NCBI GenBank assembly: GCA_002269645.1
Contig: NIVC01000992.1
Span: 124,001 to 188,000, forward strand
Reading direction: 5' to 3'
Source: Macrostomum lignano
Lineage: Eukaryota
DNA: 64,000 nucleotides
Below the pieces are notes generated by a model. It made no database searches. It was not told the DNA's origin and saw only the letters and a list, made by a program, of their open reading frames with translations. The number at the start of each line of letters is the position of its first letter. Position 1 is the stretch's first letter. Below are positions 50,940 to 62,562 of the stretch, piece after piece. The translations under genes and the position numbers were made by a program.

Positions 50940-52060
50940 CTATATTGTGTGTCAGGGGCTCTGTATTGTGTGTCAGGGTTTCTGTATTGTGTGTCAGGGG
51001 CTCTGTATTGTGTGTCAGGGATTCTGTATTGTGTGTCAGGGTTTCTGTATTGTGTGTCAGGGATTCTGTATTGTGTGTCAGGGGCTCTGTATTGTGTGTC
51101 AGGGGCTCTGTATTGTGTGTCAGGGTTTCTGTATTGTGTGTCAGGGGCTCCGTATTGTGTGTCAGGGATTCTGTATTGTGTGTCAGGGGCTCTGTATTGT
51201 GTGTCAGGGGCTCTGTATTGTGTGTCAGGGATTCTGTATTGTGTGTCAGGGATTCTGTATTGTGTGTCAGGGTTTCTGTATTGTGTGTCAGGGTTTCTGT
51301 ATTGTGTGTCAGGGATTCTGTATTGTGTGTCAGGGATTCTGTATTGTGTGTCAGGGTTTCTGTATTGTGTGTCAGGGATTCTGTATTGTGTGTCAGGGTT
51401 TCTGTATTGTGTGTCAGGGATTCTGTATTGTGTGTCAGGGGTTCTGAATTGTGTGTCAGGGATTCTGTATTGTGTGTCAGGGTTTCTGTATTGTGTGTCA
51501 GGGTTTCTGTATTGTGTGTCAGGGTTTCTGTATTGTGTGTCAGGGGCTCTGTATTGTGTGTCAGGGATTCTGTATTGTGTGTCAGGGGCTCTGTATTTTG
51601 TGTCAGGGATTCTGTATTGTGTGTCAGGGGCTCTGTATTGTGTGTCAGGGGTTCTGAATTGTGTGTCAGGGGTTCTGAAAAGTGTGTCAGGGATTCTGTA
51701 TTGTGTGTCAGGGTTTCTGTATTGTGTGTCAGGGTTTCTGTATTGTGTGTCAGGGATTCTGTATTGTGTGTCAGGGTTTCTGTATTGTGTGTCAGGGATT
51801 CTGTATTGGGTGTCAGGGGCTCTGTATTGTGTGTCAGGGGTTCTGTATTGTGTGTCAGGGGCTCTGTATTGTGTCAGTGGTTCTGTATTGTGCGTCAGGG
51901 ATTCTGTATTGTGTGTCAGGGGCTCTGCATTGTGTGTCAGGGGCTCTCTATTGTGTCAGTGGTTCTGTATTGTGTGTCAGGGATTCTGTATTGTGTGTCA
52001 GGGGCTCTGCATTGTGTGTCAGGGGCTCTCTATTGTGTCAGTGGTTTTGTATTGTATGTC
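50940..52060. repeat. 21-bp minisatellite (CTGTATTGTGTGTCAGGGATT)
   Basis: 7-aa periodic ORFs (LYCVSGI etc.). Confidence 0.96.
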
Positions 52061-52814
52061 AGATGTTTAGTATTGCGTTGTCGAGTCCTTCGTCTTGTGT
52101 CAGGGGTGTCACGGATACTTATATTGGTGTCCGCTGGCCCGCCTTTAACAAAACCCTATTATTTCTAGTCACTTCATTTACAACACACAACTACATAAGT
52201 TATGTGATTTTATAAAGCAAATTATTATTAATATTTGCTCGGCAGCTTCTGTTTTTAATTTTAGTGTACTCTACTTACTCCACTGTGGTAATTCATTCAG
52301 TTAGTTACAATCTTTTATAGCAATTTTAGTAGACTCTTACCTCGAATTTATTTATTCGAATATTGACAATTTTCTGTTAGCTTTTTCTTTACAGCTTTGC
52401 TGTTTAAGCATGCTTTGGCTTGCCCTGTTTTAGCACTGGACTACACTGCTTGCAGTGCTTTGTGTTGCAATTGTTATATATTTGCATTAGTATAGTGTTC
52501 CTACTGTATTACTTAACGGGAGTAGTATTATGTGCATATAATTAGCATGCGGTCATGTCCGTATTCTGTGTCTCTAGCTAAGAGCTTCTTTTTTCGTTTT
52601 TTTCTGTTTACTACTTACTAGCTATTAAAAGTTTTTTCGAATAGTTATCCATTCGTCTAAAATTTAAACTCTTGTAGATAAAGCAACAATATTTAAACTA
52701 AATAAATGCAGATCTCGGATCTCTTTAAAATATAAGAATAAATTTTCTTTAAACAGCTGAAATTTATTCAAATCAGAGTTCTCTTAATATACACTGAGCT
52801 TAATTCCAAACGAA

Positions 52815-53850
52815 ATAATCATAGACAATTAGACATGCAAAATATAGCTTCATGTATTGCTTAGCTCGTAATTTCCAAACGGAATAATCATAGACAATTG
52901 GACATGCAAAATATAGCTTCATGTATTGCTTAATTCACTACTGAATAGCCATAGACAATTGGACATGCAAAATATAGCTTCATGTATTGTTGAATTCACT
53001 ACTGTATAACCATAGACGATTGGACATGCAAAATATAGCTTCATGTATTGCTTAATTCACTACTGTATAACCATAGACAATTGGACATGCAAAATATAGC
53101 TTCATGTATTGCTTAATTCACTACTGTATAACCATAGACAATTGGACATGCAAAATATAGCTTCATGTATTGCTTAATTCACTACTGTATAACCATAGAC
53201 AATTGGACATGCAAAATATAGCTTCATGTATTGCTTAATTTCCAAACGGAATAACCATAGACAATTGGACATGCAAAATATAGCTTCATGTATTGCTTAA
53301 TTCACTACTGTATAACCATAGACAATTGGACATGCAAAATATAGCTTCATGTATTGCTTAATTTCCAAACGGAATAACCATAGACAATTGGACATGCAAA
53401 ATATAGCTTAATGTATTGCTTAATTCACTACTGTATAACCATAGACAATTGGACATGCAAAATATAGCTTCATGTATTGCTTAATTTCCAAACGGAATAA
53501 CCATAGACAATTGGACATGCAAAATATAGCTTAATGTATTGCTTAATTCACTACTTTATAACCATAGACAATTGGACATGCAAAATATAGCTTCATGTAT
53601 TGCTTAATTTCCAAACGGAATAACCATAGACAATTGGAAATGCAAAATATAGCCTCATGTATTGTTGAATTCACTACTGAATAACAATGGACAATTGGAC
53701 ATACAAAATATAGCTTCATGTATTGCTTAATTCCAAACGGAATAACCATAGACAATTGGACATGCAAAATATAGCCTCATGTATTGTTGAATCCACTACT
53801 TTATAACCATAGACAATTGGACATGTAAAATTTAGCTTCATGTATTGTTT
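52815..53850. repeat. 61/62-bp minisatellite with two alternating variant segments (TCACTACTGTATA vs TTCCAAACGGAATA)
   Basis: Core ACCATAGACAATTGGACATGCAAAATATAGCTTCATGTATTGCTTAAT; period 61 (53041 vs 53102). Confidence 0.95.
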
Positions 53851-54564
53851 AATTTTTTAATGTTTCTCGTAGCGATTAAAGTCGGGACATTGCTTCTTCT
53901 AAAAGTAATAAGTAAAGCTTTTCTGAATTTTTCAGCTTGTTTTCAAACTCCTTAATTAAATATAAAAGGCTAACAGATGTCTAACATGTCTAACAGATGA
54001 CACTCGATCCTGTCTAACAGGTGACACTTCTGTCTAACATCTAACATGCAGTAACAGTTCAAATAAGATAAGACGATAACTAGAGTGAGTTGCCCAATGC
54101 TTCTTTGGAGACTGCGTGCCGTTGCCATGAGAGGCTATAGGCTTTTGTCATATTGTTGTCATATTAACTAGGAGTCGAATGGTTCCATTTGCTAACCTCC
54201 GATATTCCCATCGACATTTGCTGAAATTTTAGCGTCAATGGCCCGATTTTAAGGCACCCTGAAGATCGTCTCTTTTGTCAGAGCTAGGTGATATTTAGTT
54301 AACCAGCCATTCCCTTATCTAACAGGTAGCGTTAGAACAAAGTATCTAACAGATAATAATAATAATAATAATAACTAATAACCCCTGCCCCAGTCCGACA
54401 CTAACTACAACCCCCTTTCCGTCCGTTACAAACAGTCCAAAAGATAGTATCCAATTATACTAATAAGGAGTTGTCTCCATCTATGTCGTAGGAAATGTTA
54501 TTAATTTTAGAATTTTTCTCTAACAGTCAATTAGTCTATCTATGGCTAACCAGTCTCGACTACG

Positions 54565-54870
54565 AGGTAGACAGGTAGGTAGTTAGGTAAGTAAGTTGGT
54601 AGGTAGGTAATTAGGTTGGTAGGTTGGTAGGTAGGTAATTAAGTAGGTAGGTAGGCAGTTAGGTAGGTAGGTAGGTAGGTAGGCAGGTTGTTAGGTAGGT
54701 AGATAGGTAAGCAGGTAGGTAGCTAGGGAGGCAAGTAAATATGTAGGTAAGAAGGTTGGTAGGTAGGTAGATAGGTAGGTAGGTAGGTAGGTAGGTGTGT
54801 AGGTAAAAATATAGGTAGGTAGGGAGGAGAGATTTAGGTAGGCTTTTGGGTAGGTTAAGTTGATAGGTAG
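54565..54870. repeat. Degenerate (AGGT)n microsatellite
   Basis: Direct reading. Confidence 0.88.
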
Positions 54871-55169
54871 TTACGTGCTTGCGCAGCAGGAGGCCCACGC
54901 AAACTTAGTTTAAACAGAAGACGCCAGGTGCCAAACTACTCAGCCCGAAATGGATTTCAGCAAGATTCAAAGTAGAAATTCAGTGAAATTTTTAAAGAAA
55001 TTTCTTCACTTCTTAGTAGCTCCTATTGTCTAGAAAGTGCCAATACAAGTCTGTCTGTTGACATTGCAAACAGAAACTGTGAATGCTTATCTCAGCTACC
55101 AATGGCAATTGTATTGAATTTCAATCACCCTTTGTCTCTGTCCTACTTTAACGTTAATTAAAACTAAAG

Positions 55170-55281
55170 ATGGAGAATTTGAATAGATTCTGGAATGTTG
55201 CCAGATATTCCCATTCAGAGGATAACAATTGGATTCTCTTGAGAGCTCTTAGCAAAAAGCCGGTTGTTGAGGCGAGTACAG
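55170..55281 (+). CDS. Candidate upstream exon of the PAN-like + glycine-rich-domain gene
   Basis: ATG-initiated frame MENLNRFW...PVVEAST G|GTAAGT; strong donor, phase 1 fits acceptor 55711. No recognisable domain and no convincing signal peptide. Confidence 0.45.
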
Positions 55282-55711
55282 GTAAGTGGCTGAGGTTTCA
55301 GCAAACCCAATGCGCTGTGCACAAGACTTGGAAAATTATTGCATTAACCTAAAAATAAAGTCAGACGAAGTTTGTTTAAACGCTTTTATAATGTTTTTTA
55401 TAGTTTTTAGTCTGGCAATAATCGCAGGTAAGTTAAAATAAATTTTTGGAGAGGCAGAGCCAAGACAGAAATCTATTATATTCGCTAATCCATATATAGG
55501 CAATGGATTAGCAATCCATTCTATTGTTAATCCACATATACGAGCGTAGGCTATGGATTCCAATACTAATACATTCCATTCGTTAATTCACATATAGGCT
55601 ATGGATTAGCATTTCATTCTATTTATAATTCTACTTAGAGAACATGGATTAGCAATTAGATCATTATATATTGTTAGTGGTTCTTTCGAATGTCTTTCTA
55701 ATGACTTTCAG

Positions 55712-56029
55712 AAAGCTCTACTGCTCAATCTAAGATGACAGCGAGGAACTATAAGTCTGTGACTGATTCAATTTCTATCAGCTCTGCTGGGAGCAGCACA
55801 TTTCTAACAGACCCGAATGCCCAGTCTGACTGTCTCGCCTCCTGCTCCTTGAATCTGTGCGCGGCTATAGTGGTTGCCATGGCAACTAACAAAGCCATCA
55901 ACTGTCGCCTGCTAATCATCAATGACGAATCAACAGGAACTGATGGGACGTCGGAGAGTCACGTGGTCAGGGTGCTGTTAACTGGCTCGGACAGCTTCCA
56001 GAGAGTGTGGATTGCACCGGATTTTTATA
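55712..56029 (+). CDS. PAN/Apple-like exon, copy 1 (106 codons, phase 1/1)
   Basis: ACTTTCAG|AA...[17 protein letters not shown]...NCRLL...APDFY A|GTCAGT; C-x3-C...C...C-x-L spacing. The donor position is inferred. Confidence 0.6.
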
Positions 56030-56102
56030 GTCAGTTGAATGCCAGACTGCTGGCCACGATGTTCTACAGTGTGTTGCTTGTTCTGGTGATGCAAGAGCCT
56101 TC

Positions 56103-56348
56103 TAACCAACCAACCAACCAACCAACCAACCAACCAACCAACCAACCAACCAACCAACCAACCAACCAACCAACCAACCAACCAACCAACCAACCAACCA
56201 ACCAACCAACCAACCAACCAACCAACCAACCAACCAACCAACCAACCAACCAACCAACCAACCAACCAACCAACCAACCAACCAACCAACCAACCAACCA
56301 ACCAACCAACCAACCAACCAACCAACCAACCAACCAACCAACCAACCA
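56103..56348. repeat. (AACC)n microsatellite, copy 1
   Basis: Perfect tetranucleotide run; part of the 689-bp duplication unit. Confidence 0.97.
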
Positions 56349-56400
56349 GTTGTTAGTGGTTGTTAGTGGTTCTTTCGAATGTCTTTCTAATGACTTTCAG

Positions 56401-56718
56401 AAAGCTCTACTGCTCAATCTAAGATGACAGCGAGGAACTATAAGTCTGTGACTGATTCAATTTCTATCAGCTCTGCTGGGAGCAGCACATTTCTAACAGA
56501 CCCGAATGCCCAGTCTGACTGTCTCGCCTCCTGCTCCTTGAATCTGTGCGCGGCTATAGTGGTTGCCATGGCAACTAACAAAGCCATCAACTGTCGCCTG
56601 CTAATCATCAATGACGAATCAACAGGAACTGATGGGACGTCGGAGAGTCACGTGGTCAGGGTGCTGTTAACTGGCTCGGACAGCTTCCAGAGAGTGTGGA
56701 TTGCACCGGATTTTTATA
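56401..56718 (+). CDS. PAN/Apple-like exon, copy 2 (appears identical to copy 1)
   Basis: Offset of 689 nt from copy 1; same splice sites and translation. Confidence 0.6.
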
Positions 56719-56791
56719 GTCAGTTGAATGCCAGACTGCTGGCCACGATGTTCTACAGTGTGTTGCTTGTTCTGGTGATGCAAGAGCCTTC

Positions 56792-57166
56792 TAACCAACC
56801 AACCAACCAACCAACCAACCAACCAACCAACCAACCAACCAACCAACCAACCAACCAACCAACCAACCAACCAACCAACCAACCAACCAACCAACCAACC
56901 AACCAACCAACCAACCAACCAACCAACCAACCAACCAACCAACCAACCAACCAACCAACCAACCAACCAACCAACCAACCAACCAACCAACCAACCAACC
57001 AACCAACCAACCAACCAACCAACCAACCAACCAACCAACCAACCAACCAACCAACCAACCAACCAACCAACCAACCAACCAACCAACCAACCAACCAACC
57101 AACCAACCAACCAACCAACCAACCAACCAACCAACCAACCAACCAACCAACCAACCAACCAACCAA
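56792..57166. repeat. (AACC)n microsatellite, copy 2 (longer), abutting a splice acceptor
   Basis: Run ends ...AACCAATTCAG| at 57171. Confidence 0.97.
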
Positions 57167-57171
57167 TTCAG

Positions 57172-57507
57172 ACTCAGGTACAGGCCGAAGCGGCAGTGTC
57201 CAAAGGTTTGTCACCCCGGCAACTGGCTGCTACAACCTCGAGGCCACTGGAGCCAAAGGCGGCAGCAGTGCGTTCTACGGACGACCCGGCGGCAAAAGAG
57301 CCCGAGCGTCGGGCTTCTTTTTACTGACGGTGGGCACTGAACTGCACATCGTTGTTGGTCAGGCGGGCGGCCCGGCTTGCTGCAAAATGCCGGGGGCCGG
57401 CGAGGACGGCGGCACCTTCGTGCACTCGCCAAATGGCGGCACCGGAGGCGCGAATTTGCCCTATCTGTCCGCCGGAGGTGGCGGTGGCCCTTCTGACAAA
57501 TGTGATG
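57172..57507 (+). CDS. ALK/LTK-type glycine-rich domain exon (112 codons, phase 1/1)
   Basis: [24 protein letters not shown]...[21 protein letters not shown]...GGTFV...YLSAGGGGG; parallels the ALK GRD motifs [22 protein letters not shown] / LYILVGQQG / IAAGGGG. Donor G|GTATGC. Confidence 0.85.
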
Positions 57508-57767
57508 GTATGCTTTTGCTTGGATGCCTATCGATTTTCTGCGATTGTTTCTTGTAGCTCGCTATACATTCAAGTAGCTAGTTTAGACTATAGTAGGACT
57601 CATAGTAGGTATCATGAGTGTTTATGCAGCTGAAATTTTGTCAGTTAAGCTAATGTAGTATCCGATCATACTTGGGTAATACCTCAACTGGTTTCACGTA
57701 GAACCTCCTCAGTAAATGATGAATTTGATTTCTGCAGAAATCGAAAATTCTATATATTGGATAGCTT

Positions 57768-57985
57768 TGAAACGACTAATCCAAATTTAGATTTTGTAGC
57801 TTTCTAAGAAACGACTAATCCAAATTTGCATTCCGTAGCCTTCTAAAAAACGACTAATTTAAGTTTGTATTCTGTAGCTTTCTAAGAAACGACTAATCCA
57901 AATTTGTATTCTGTAGCTTTCTAAGAAACGACTAATTCAAATTTGTATTCTGTAGCTTTTGCAAGAAACGACTAATCCAAATTTA
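57768..57985. repeat. 39-bp minisatellite (GAAACGACTAATCCAAATTTGTATTCTGTAGCTTTCTAA), about 5 copies
   Basis: The last unit runs into the acceptor at 57998-57999. Confidence 0.9.
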
Positions 57986-57999
57986 TATTCCCTCCTCAG

Positions 58000-58386
58000 G
58001 CAAGCCAGGAAATCCGGGCGTCAACGGCAGCGACTCGACTGGTGGAACGTACGCCTACACGGGCTTCGTGGCGCCAACGGAGCCCCTGGGAGCAGCTCGT
58101 CCCGCGGGCTGACAAAAACACCGGCATCGGCGGCTTTGGTGGCAGCGGCGGTGGCGGCGGCAATTACAAAAGAAGTGGCGCTCCAGGCGCCGGCGGCGGC
58201 TTCAGTGGTGGCGGCGGCTTCAGTGTTGGCGGCGCCGGGACAGCGTTAGGCCACTGCGGGGGCGGAGGCGGCTCTTTCTGCGGCGGAATCGGTTGCGCTT
58301 TCGCCGGCGGAGCGAACGTCCTGCCAGGCGGTCAGGGCTTCGCTGTGCTGCGCCTAATGCCCAACGAGTTCCGCTGCAACGACTGA
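58000..58386 (+). CDS. Glycine-rich domain last exon, with a frame discontinuity (frameshift or 34-nt micro-intron)
   Basis: CCTCCTCAG|GC KPGNPGVNGSDSTGG (phase-1 frame) hits TGA at 58110-58112. The GRD continuation GGFGGSGGGGG...GAGGGFSGGG...GGGGGSF...GQGFAVLRL...TGA (58384-58386) is in another frame. No TM or kinase segment follows. Confidence 0.7.
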   Translation, partial: ASQEIRASTAATRLVERTPTRASWRQRSPWEQLVPRADKNTGIGGFGGSGGGGGNYKRSGAPGAGGGFSGGGGFSVGGAGTALGHCGGGGGSFCGGIGCAFAGGANVLPGGQGFAVLRLMPNEFRCND

Positions 58387-58419
58387 GACGCTGATGAGCG
58401 CTTGGAAAACTGTACAGTG

Positions 58420-58614
58420 AACTGGCTCTCCCTCTCTCCCTGTCTCCTTCTCCCTCTGTCACTCTCACTCTCCCTCTCCCTCTCTCCCTCTCTCCCTCTC
58501 CCTCTCTCCCTCTCCCTCTCCCTCTCTCCATTTCTCCCTCTCCCTCTCCCTCTCTCCATTTCTCCCTCTCCCTCTCTCCCTCTCCCTCTCTCCCTCTCTC
58601 CTCTCCCTCTCTCC

Positions 58615-58679
<65 letters not shown>

Positions 58680-59200
58680 TCTCATATCTCTCTCTCTCTC
58701 CATATCTCATCTCTCTCTCTCTCTCTCCATATCTCATCTCTCCCTCTCTACCCCTCTCCTTCTCAACCCCTCTCCCTCTCTACCCCTCTCCTTCTCAACC
58801 CCTCTCCCTCTCTAACCCTCTCACTCACTCTCTCTCTCTCTCTCTCTCTCCATATCTCATCTATCCCTCTCTACCTGTCTCCCTATTTAAACCCCTCCCT
58901 CTCTACCCTACCCCCCCTCTTTCTCTCTAACACCTCCCTCTTTACCCCCCTCCCTCTCTAACTCTCTCCCTCTCTAACCCTTTCCCTCTCTCTCTCCATA
59001 TCTCCTCTCTCCCTCTCTACCTGTCTCCCTCTTTAAACTCCTCCCTCTCTACCCCCCTCTTTCTCTCTAACACCTCCCTCTTTACGCCTCTCCCTCTCTA
59101 ACTCTCTCCCTCTCTACCCCTCTCTGCCTCTCTCCCTCCCTTTCTACCCTTCTCTTCTTCTCTCTGTCTTAATCAACTCCCAATCTCAATCTTTTTACCT
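58420..59200. repeat. CT-rich low-complexity tract
   Basis: (CT)n/(CTCTCC)n with an internal duplicated block. Confidence 0.92.
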
Positions 59201-59619
59201 CTCTCTAAAATCGAAAAGTTTACAGGTAAAAACAGTTAAAGCTATCAGATAAATACCCCCACACACACACAGTTCAGCTGGCGACCAGCAGTTTTGTAAC
59301 TAATTCTATTTATTCAACCATGGCTCCTTGGTCTTCTTAGGCTATAAAAACTGTTTAGCAAACCCGTCACGTTTGTTCAGAGTTGAGTCTTCTCCCAGTT
59401 GAAGAGCTTGACCTTGACTTTGATTACTTTCTTTCCTTGCCTGGATGATCTCTCCCACACTTTCTGTCTCACCCCAGGAGCTCACAAACGTTTTTAGTGC
59501 TAGTTGAGGACGAAAGCGCAGTTCAAGAAATTTCTTAATTTTCTGACCGTGTTCTTGGGACAAATCGCACTATTTAAGGCTTTTGTTAATTCAATAGAAG
59601 TCTTTTTTAATTTCTATAG

Positions 59620-60180
59620 GGAGAGAGGTGAGAGATGGAGAGAGGGGAAAGAGGGAGAGAGGGAGAGAGGGGGAAAGGGAGAGAGGAGAGGTAGAGGGAG
59701 AGAGATGGAGAGAGGGAGAAAGGGAGAAAGGGAGAGAGGGGAGAGAGGGAGAGAGGGAGAGAGGGAAGAGAAGGAGAGTGGGGAGAGATGGAGAGAGGGA
59801 GAAAGGGAGAAAGGGAGAGAGGGGAGAGAGGGAGAGAGGGAGAGAGGGAAGAGAAGGAGAGTGGGGAGAGATGGAGAAAGGGAGAAAGGGAGAGATGGAG
59901 AGAGGAAAGAGAAGGAGAGTGGGGAGAGATGGAGAGAGGAAAGAGAAGGAGAGTGGGGAGAGATGGAGAGAGGGAGAAAGGGAGAGAGGGAGATAGGGCA
60001 GAGATGGAGAGAGGGAGAAAGGGAGAGAGGGAGATAGGGCAGAGATGGAGAGAGGGAGAAAGGGAGAGAGGGAGATAGGGCAGAGATGGAGAGAGGGAGA
60101 AATGGAGAGGGGAGAGGGAGAAAGGGGAGAGGGGAGAAGGGGAGAAGAGAGGGGGGAAGAGGGGAGACGGAGAGTGGAGA
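59620..60180. repeat. GA-rich low-complexity tract
   Basis: GGAGAGAGGGAGAAAG-type units. Confidence 0.92.
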
Positions 60181-60769
60181 AAACTGACATTTTCCAACGG
60201 TACGAGCTCGTATGAAGTTTTTACCTTGTATAATGTTAGAAATGCAGCTCTGCTTTTTTAAATATTGCATCCAGGTCACAAGCTAAGATCGATTAAAGTA
60301 CAACTGTGCCAGGAAACACTAGTTTCTGTTTGAAAAACATTCACGAAAAAGAATTCGCAGGATATTTTTATGACCAGAAATTTTTCGTATACCTTCGGTT
60401 AATTGCTCCATCGTGCGGAAGTTCAAACGGCAGATTTCTGGTCTTTGCATGCTGCGTTCTTTCCCCACTTCTCTCTCCTGCAGCGCCAAGGTCTACGGGG
60501 TACCACTTTGAAGGAGCTGTTTTGTCAAATAATTCAACATTCGCAGAAAATAAAATATTCCCTGAACCTTGACTGGGAATCAGAGCAGTCTAAGTCTGTC
60601 GTTCCCACACTGAATTCCCTACAATGCCGTTCTACCCTCAGTTCTCCCGGGATGGCAGTAAATAAAGTGAAGAACTTTTGGGAGGCTCTTGGGAACTCCT
60701 CACTGGCTGCACCGCTCTGGGAGCGTTGGGTGCTTTTTTTAGAACTAGCAAGCCATGTGTTCTTTTAGG

Positions 60770-61560
60770 GCTATGACCTCTCTCTCCCACTCCCCCTCTC
60801 TCTCCTCTTTCCCTCTCTCTCTCTCTCTCACACACACAATCTCCTTCTCTCTCCCTCTCTTCCTCTCTTTCCCTCTCTCTCTCCCGTTCTCCCTCTGTCT
60901 TCCTCTCTCCTCTGTCACTCTCTCTCCCTTCTCCCCCTCTCTCAACTCTCCCTCTCACCCTCTCTCCTCTATCCCCCTCTCTCCTCTCTCCCTCTCTCCC
61001 CCTCTCTCTCCTCTCTCCCTCTCTCCCTCTCTCCTCTCTCTCCTCCCCCCTCTCTCCTCCCCCCTCTATCTCTCCGACTCCCCCTCTCTCCCTCTCTTTT
61101 TCCCTCCCTCTCTCCTCTCTTCCTCTCTCTCTCTTCCTCTCTCTCTCCTCCTCTTTCCCTCTCTCTCCCTCTCCCCCTCTCTCTCCTCTCTCCCCCTCTT
61201 TCCTCTCCCCCTCTATCTCTCCGACTGCCTCTCTCTCCCTCTCTCCTCTCTAGCTCTCTCTTCCTCTTTCTCTCTCGCTTCCCGACTCTCCTTCTCCCCG
61301 TCTCTCTATATATCTCCCCTCTCCTCTCTTTATCCATCTCTCTCCCTCTCCCTTTCCCTCTTCCCTCTTTCCCTTTCTCTCGCTCCTTTTAACCTCTCCC
61401 ACTCTCCCCCTCTATCGTCTTCATTGTTTGTTTCCATTCCCTCTCCCTCACTCTCATTAGACCGTCTCCCCTTCCACGCCTTCCTCTCTCATCCACCAAC
61501 TCTCAAACTAGCCTCTCTTTTACTTTCAATTCTCACTTTTCTCCAGCTCGTAACTGTACT
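60770..61560. repeat. CT-rich low-complexity tract
   Basis: Direct reading. Confidence 0.9.
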
Positions 61561-61920
61561 TTACCTCTCTGATGATGTAAAAAATACACTACAGAGCATC
61601 TGTAATTCTCCGTAATCCCAGTTACTAGAGTTGAGCTGAGTTAAACAGCATTGGCAAAATACGTGAATATCCTACAATATTTTGTTTCCATAATACAACA
61701 AGAGCTATAATTGCAATTCAAATGCAATTCAACTGTCGGAAAAAGAGTTTCTCTTCAAGCAACACTCAATATATTTTTATTGAATAGCGACAGTAAAACA
61801 CTGACAATCTAGCATGTGTTGTGACAGATTCAAAATTAGTTCAAACCAAATTTAAACATAACCAATGTTCTCTTTTCTACATTCAATTAGTTTGTCAGGT
61901 AAAAAGTAAAAAATCAAAAC

Positions 61921-62562
61921 TCACAGAGCTTGATGGTGCAAATTAATACTAGGAAATATGTAGAACAGGTAAACATAGACAAACACGGTGCCGAATAAGA
62001 ACAGGTAGAAGAACAATGTGTCAATAACTAGGGCGATCAACTTCCACTCTGTCACCACCCTGCTCAGCTGCGTTAGCTGGACTCTGTCCTCATCCTCATT
62101 AACAATATTAAAACCTCCACCCGTTGATGCCGCCACTGTCGAATCGAAATTCTCCTCTCCTTCGACAACGGTTGCTACGTTGGCCGATGGTAGCCTTGGC
62201 AACGGAGACGCCAGAGGCGATAGAGCTCCTTCAGAAGTGGAGTCCAGGTAGGGCAACTGGGAGCAGGCCGTCTCAAAACGGCGCAATCGAGGCACCCTAG
62301 CTGGAGTGATGGACGTCGACGTTGTTCCAGACGTTTCCAATTGATTCGACGGTCTCATAGGTGCGGCGGCAGTCGGACTCAGCCAGCGAGTCAGAGGGTC
62401 GCCGCCGCTTTGCTGCTCAACCGCCGGCCTGCAGGCGTTGTTAAGCTCCGATTCGAGTCGTTGCAGTCGAATACAGTCGCGAAAGAACGCAATCTGCGAC
62501 CGAATACCCGTCATTCTGTGCTGATACTCGTCTGTGGTCTTCCGGTAGGCGAGTCCGTCAGC
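61921..62562 (-). CDS. Cys-loop ligand-gated ion channel (nAChR-like) subunit, last exon (M3-M4 loop + TM4)
   Basis: CATCCAG|ADGLAYRK...VVTEWKLIALVIDTLFFYLFLFGTVFVYVYLF...HQAL-TGA; parallels nAChR EWKxxAxVIDRxF; phase 0 matches the previous donor. Confidence 0.9.
   Translation of the reverse strand, partial: ADGLAYRKTTDEYQHRMTGIRSQIAFFRDCIRLQRLESELNNACRPAVEQQSGGDPLTRWLSPTAAAPMRPSNQLETSGTTSTSITPARVPRLRRFETACSQLPYLDSTSEGALSPLASPLPRLPSANVATVVEGEENFDSTVAASTGGGFNIVNEDEDRVQLTQLSRVVTEWKLIALVIDTLFFYLFLFGTVFVYVYLFYIFPSINLHHQAL

Noticed and set aside
56100-57166. NQPT-repeat mucin-like coding segment
   Set aside because: A perfect (AACC)n tetranucleotide run with no synonymous variation, bounded by usable splice sites; more simply intronic, although in-frame retention of copy 2 cannot be fully excluded.
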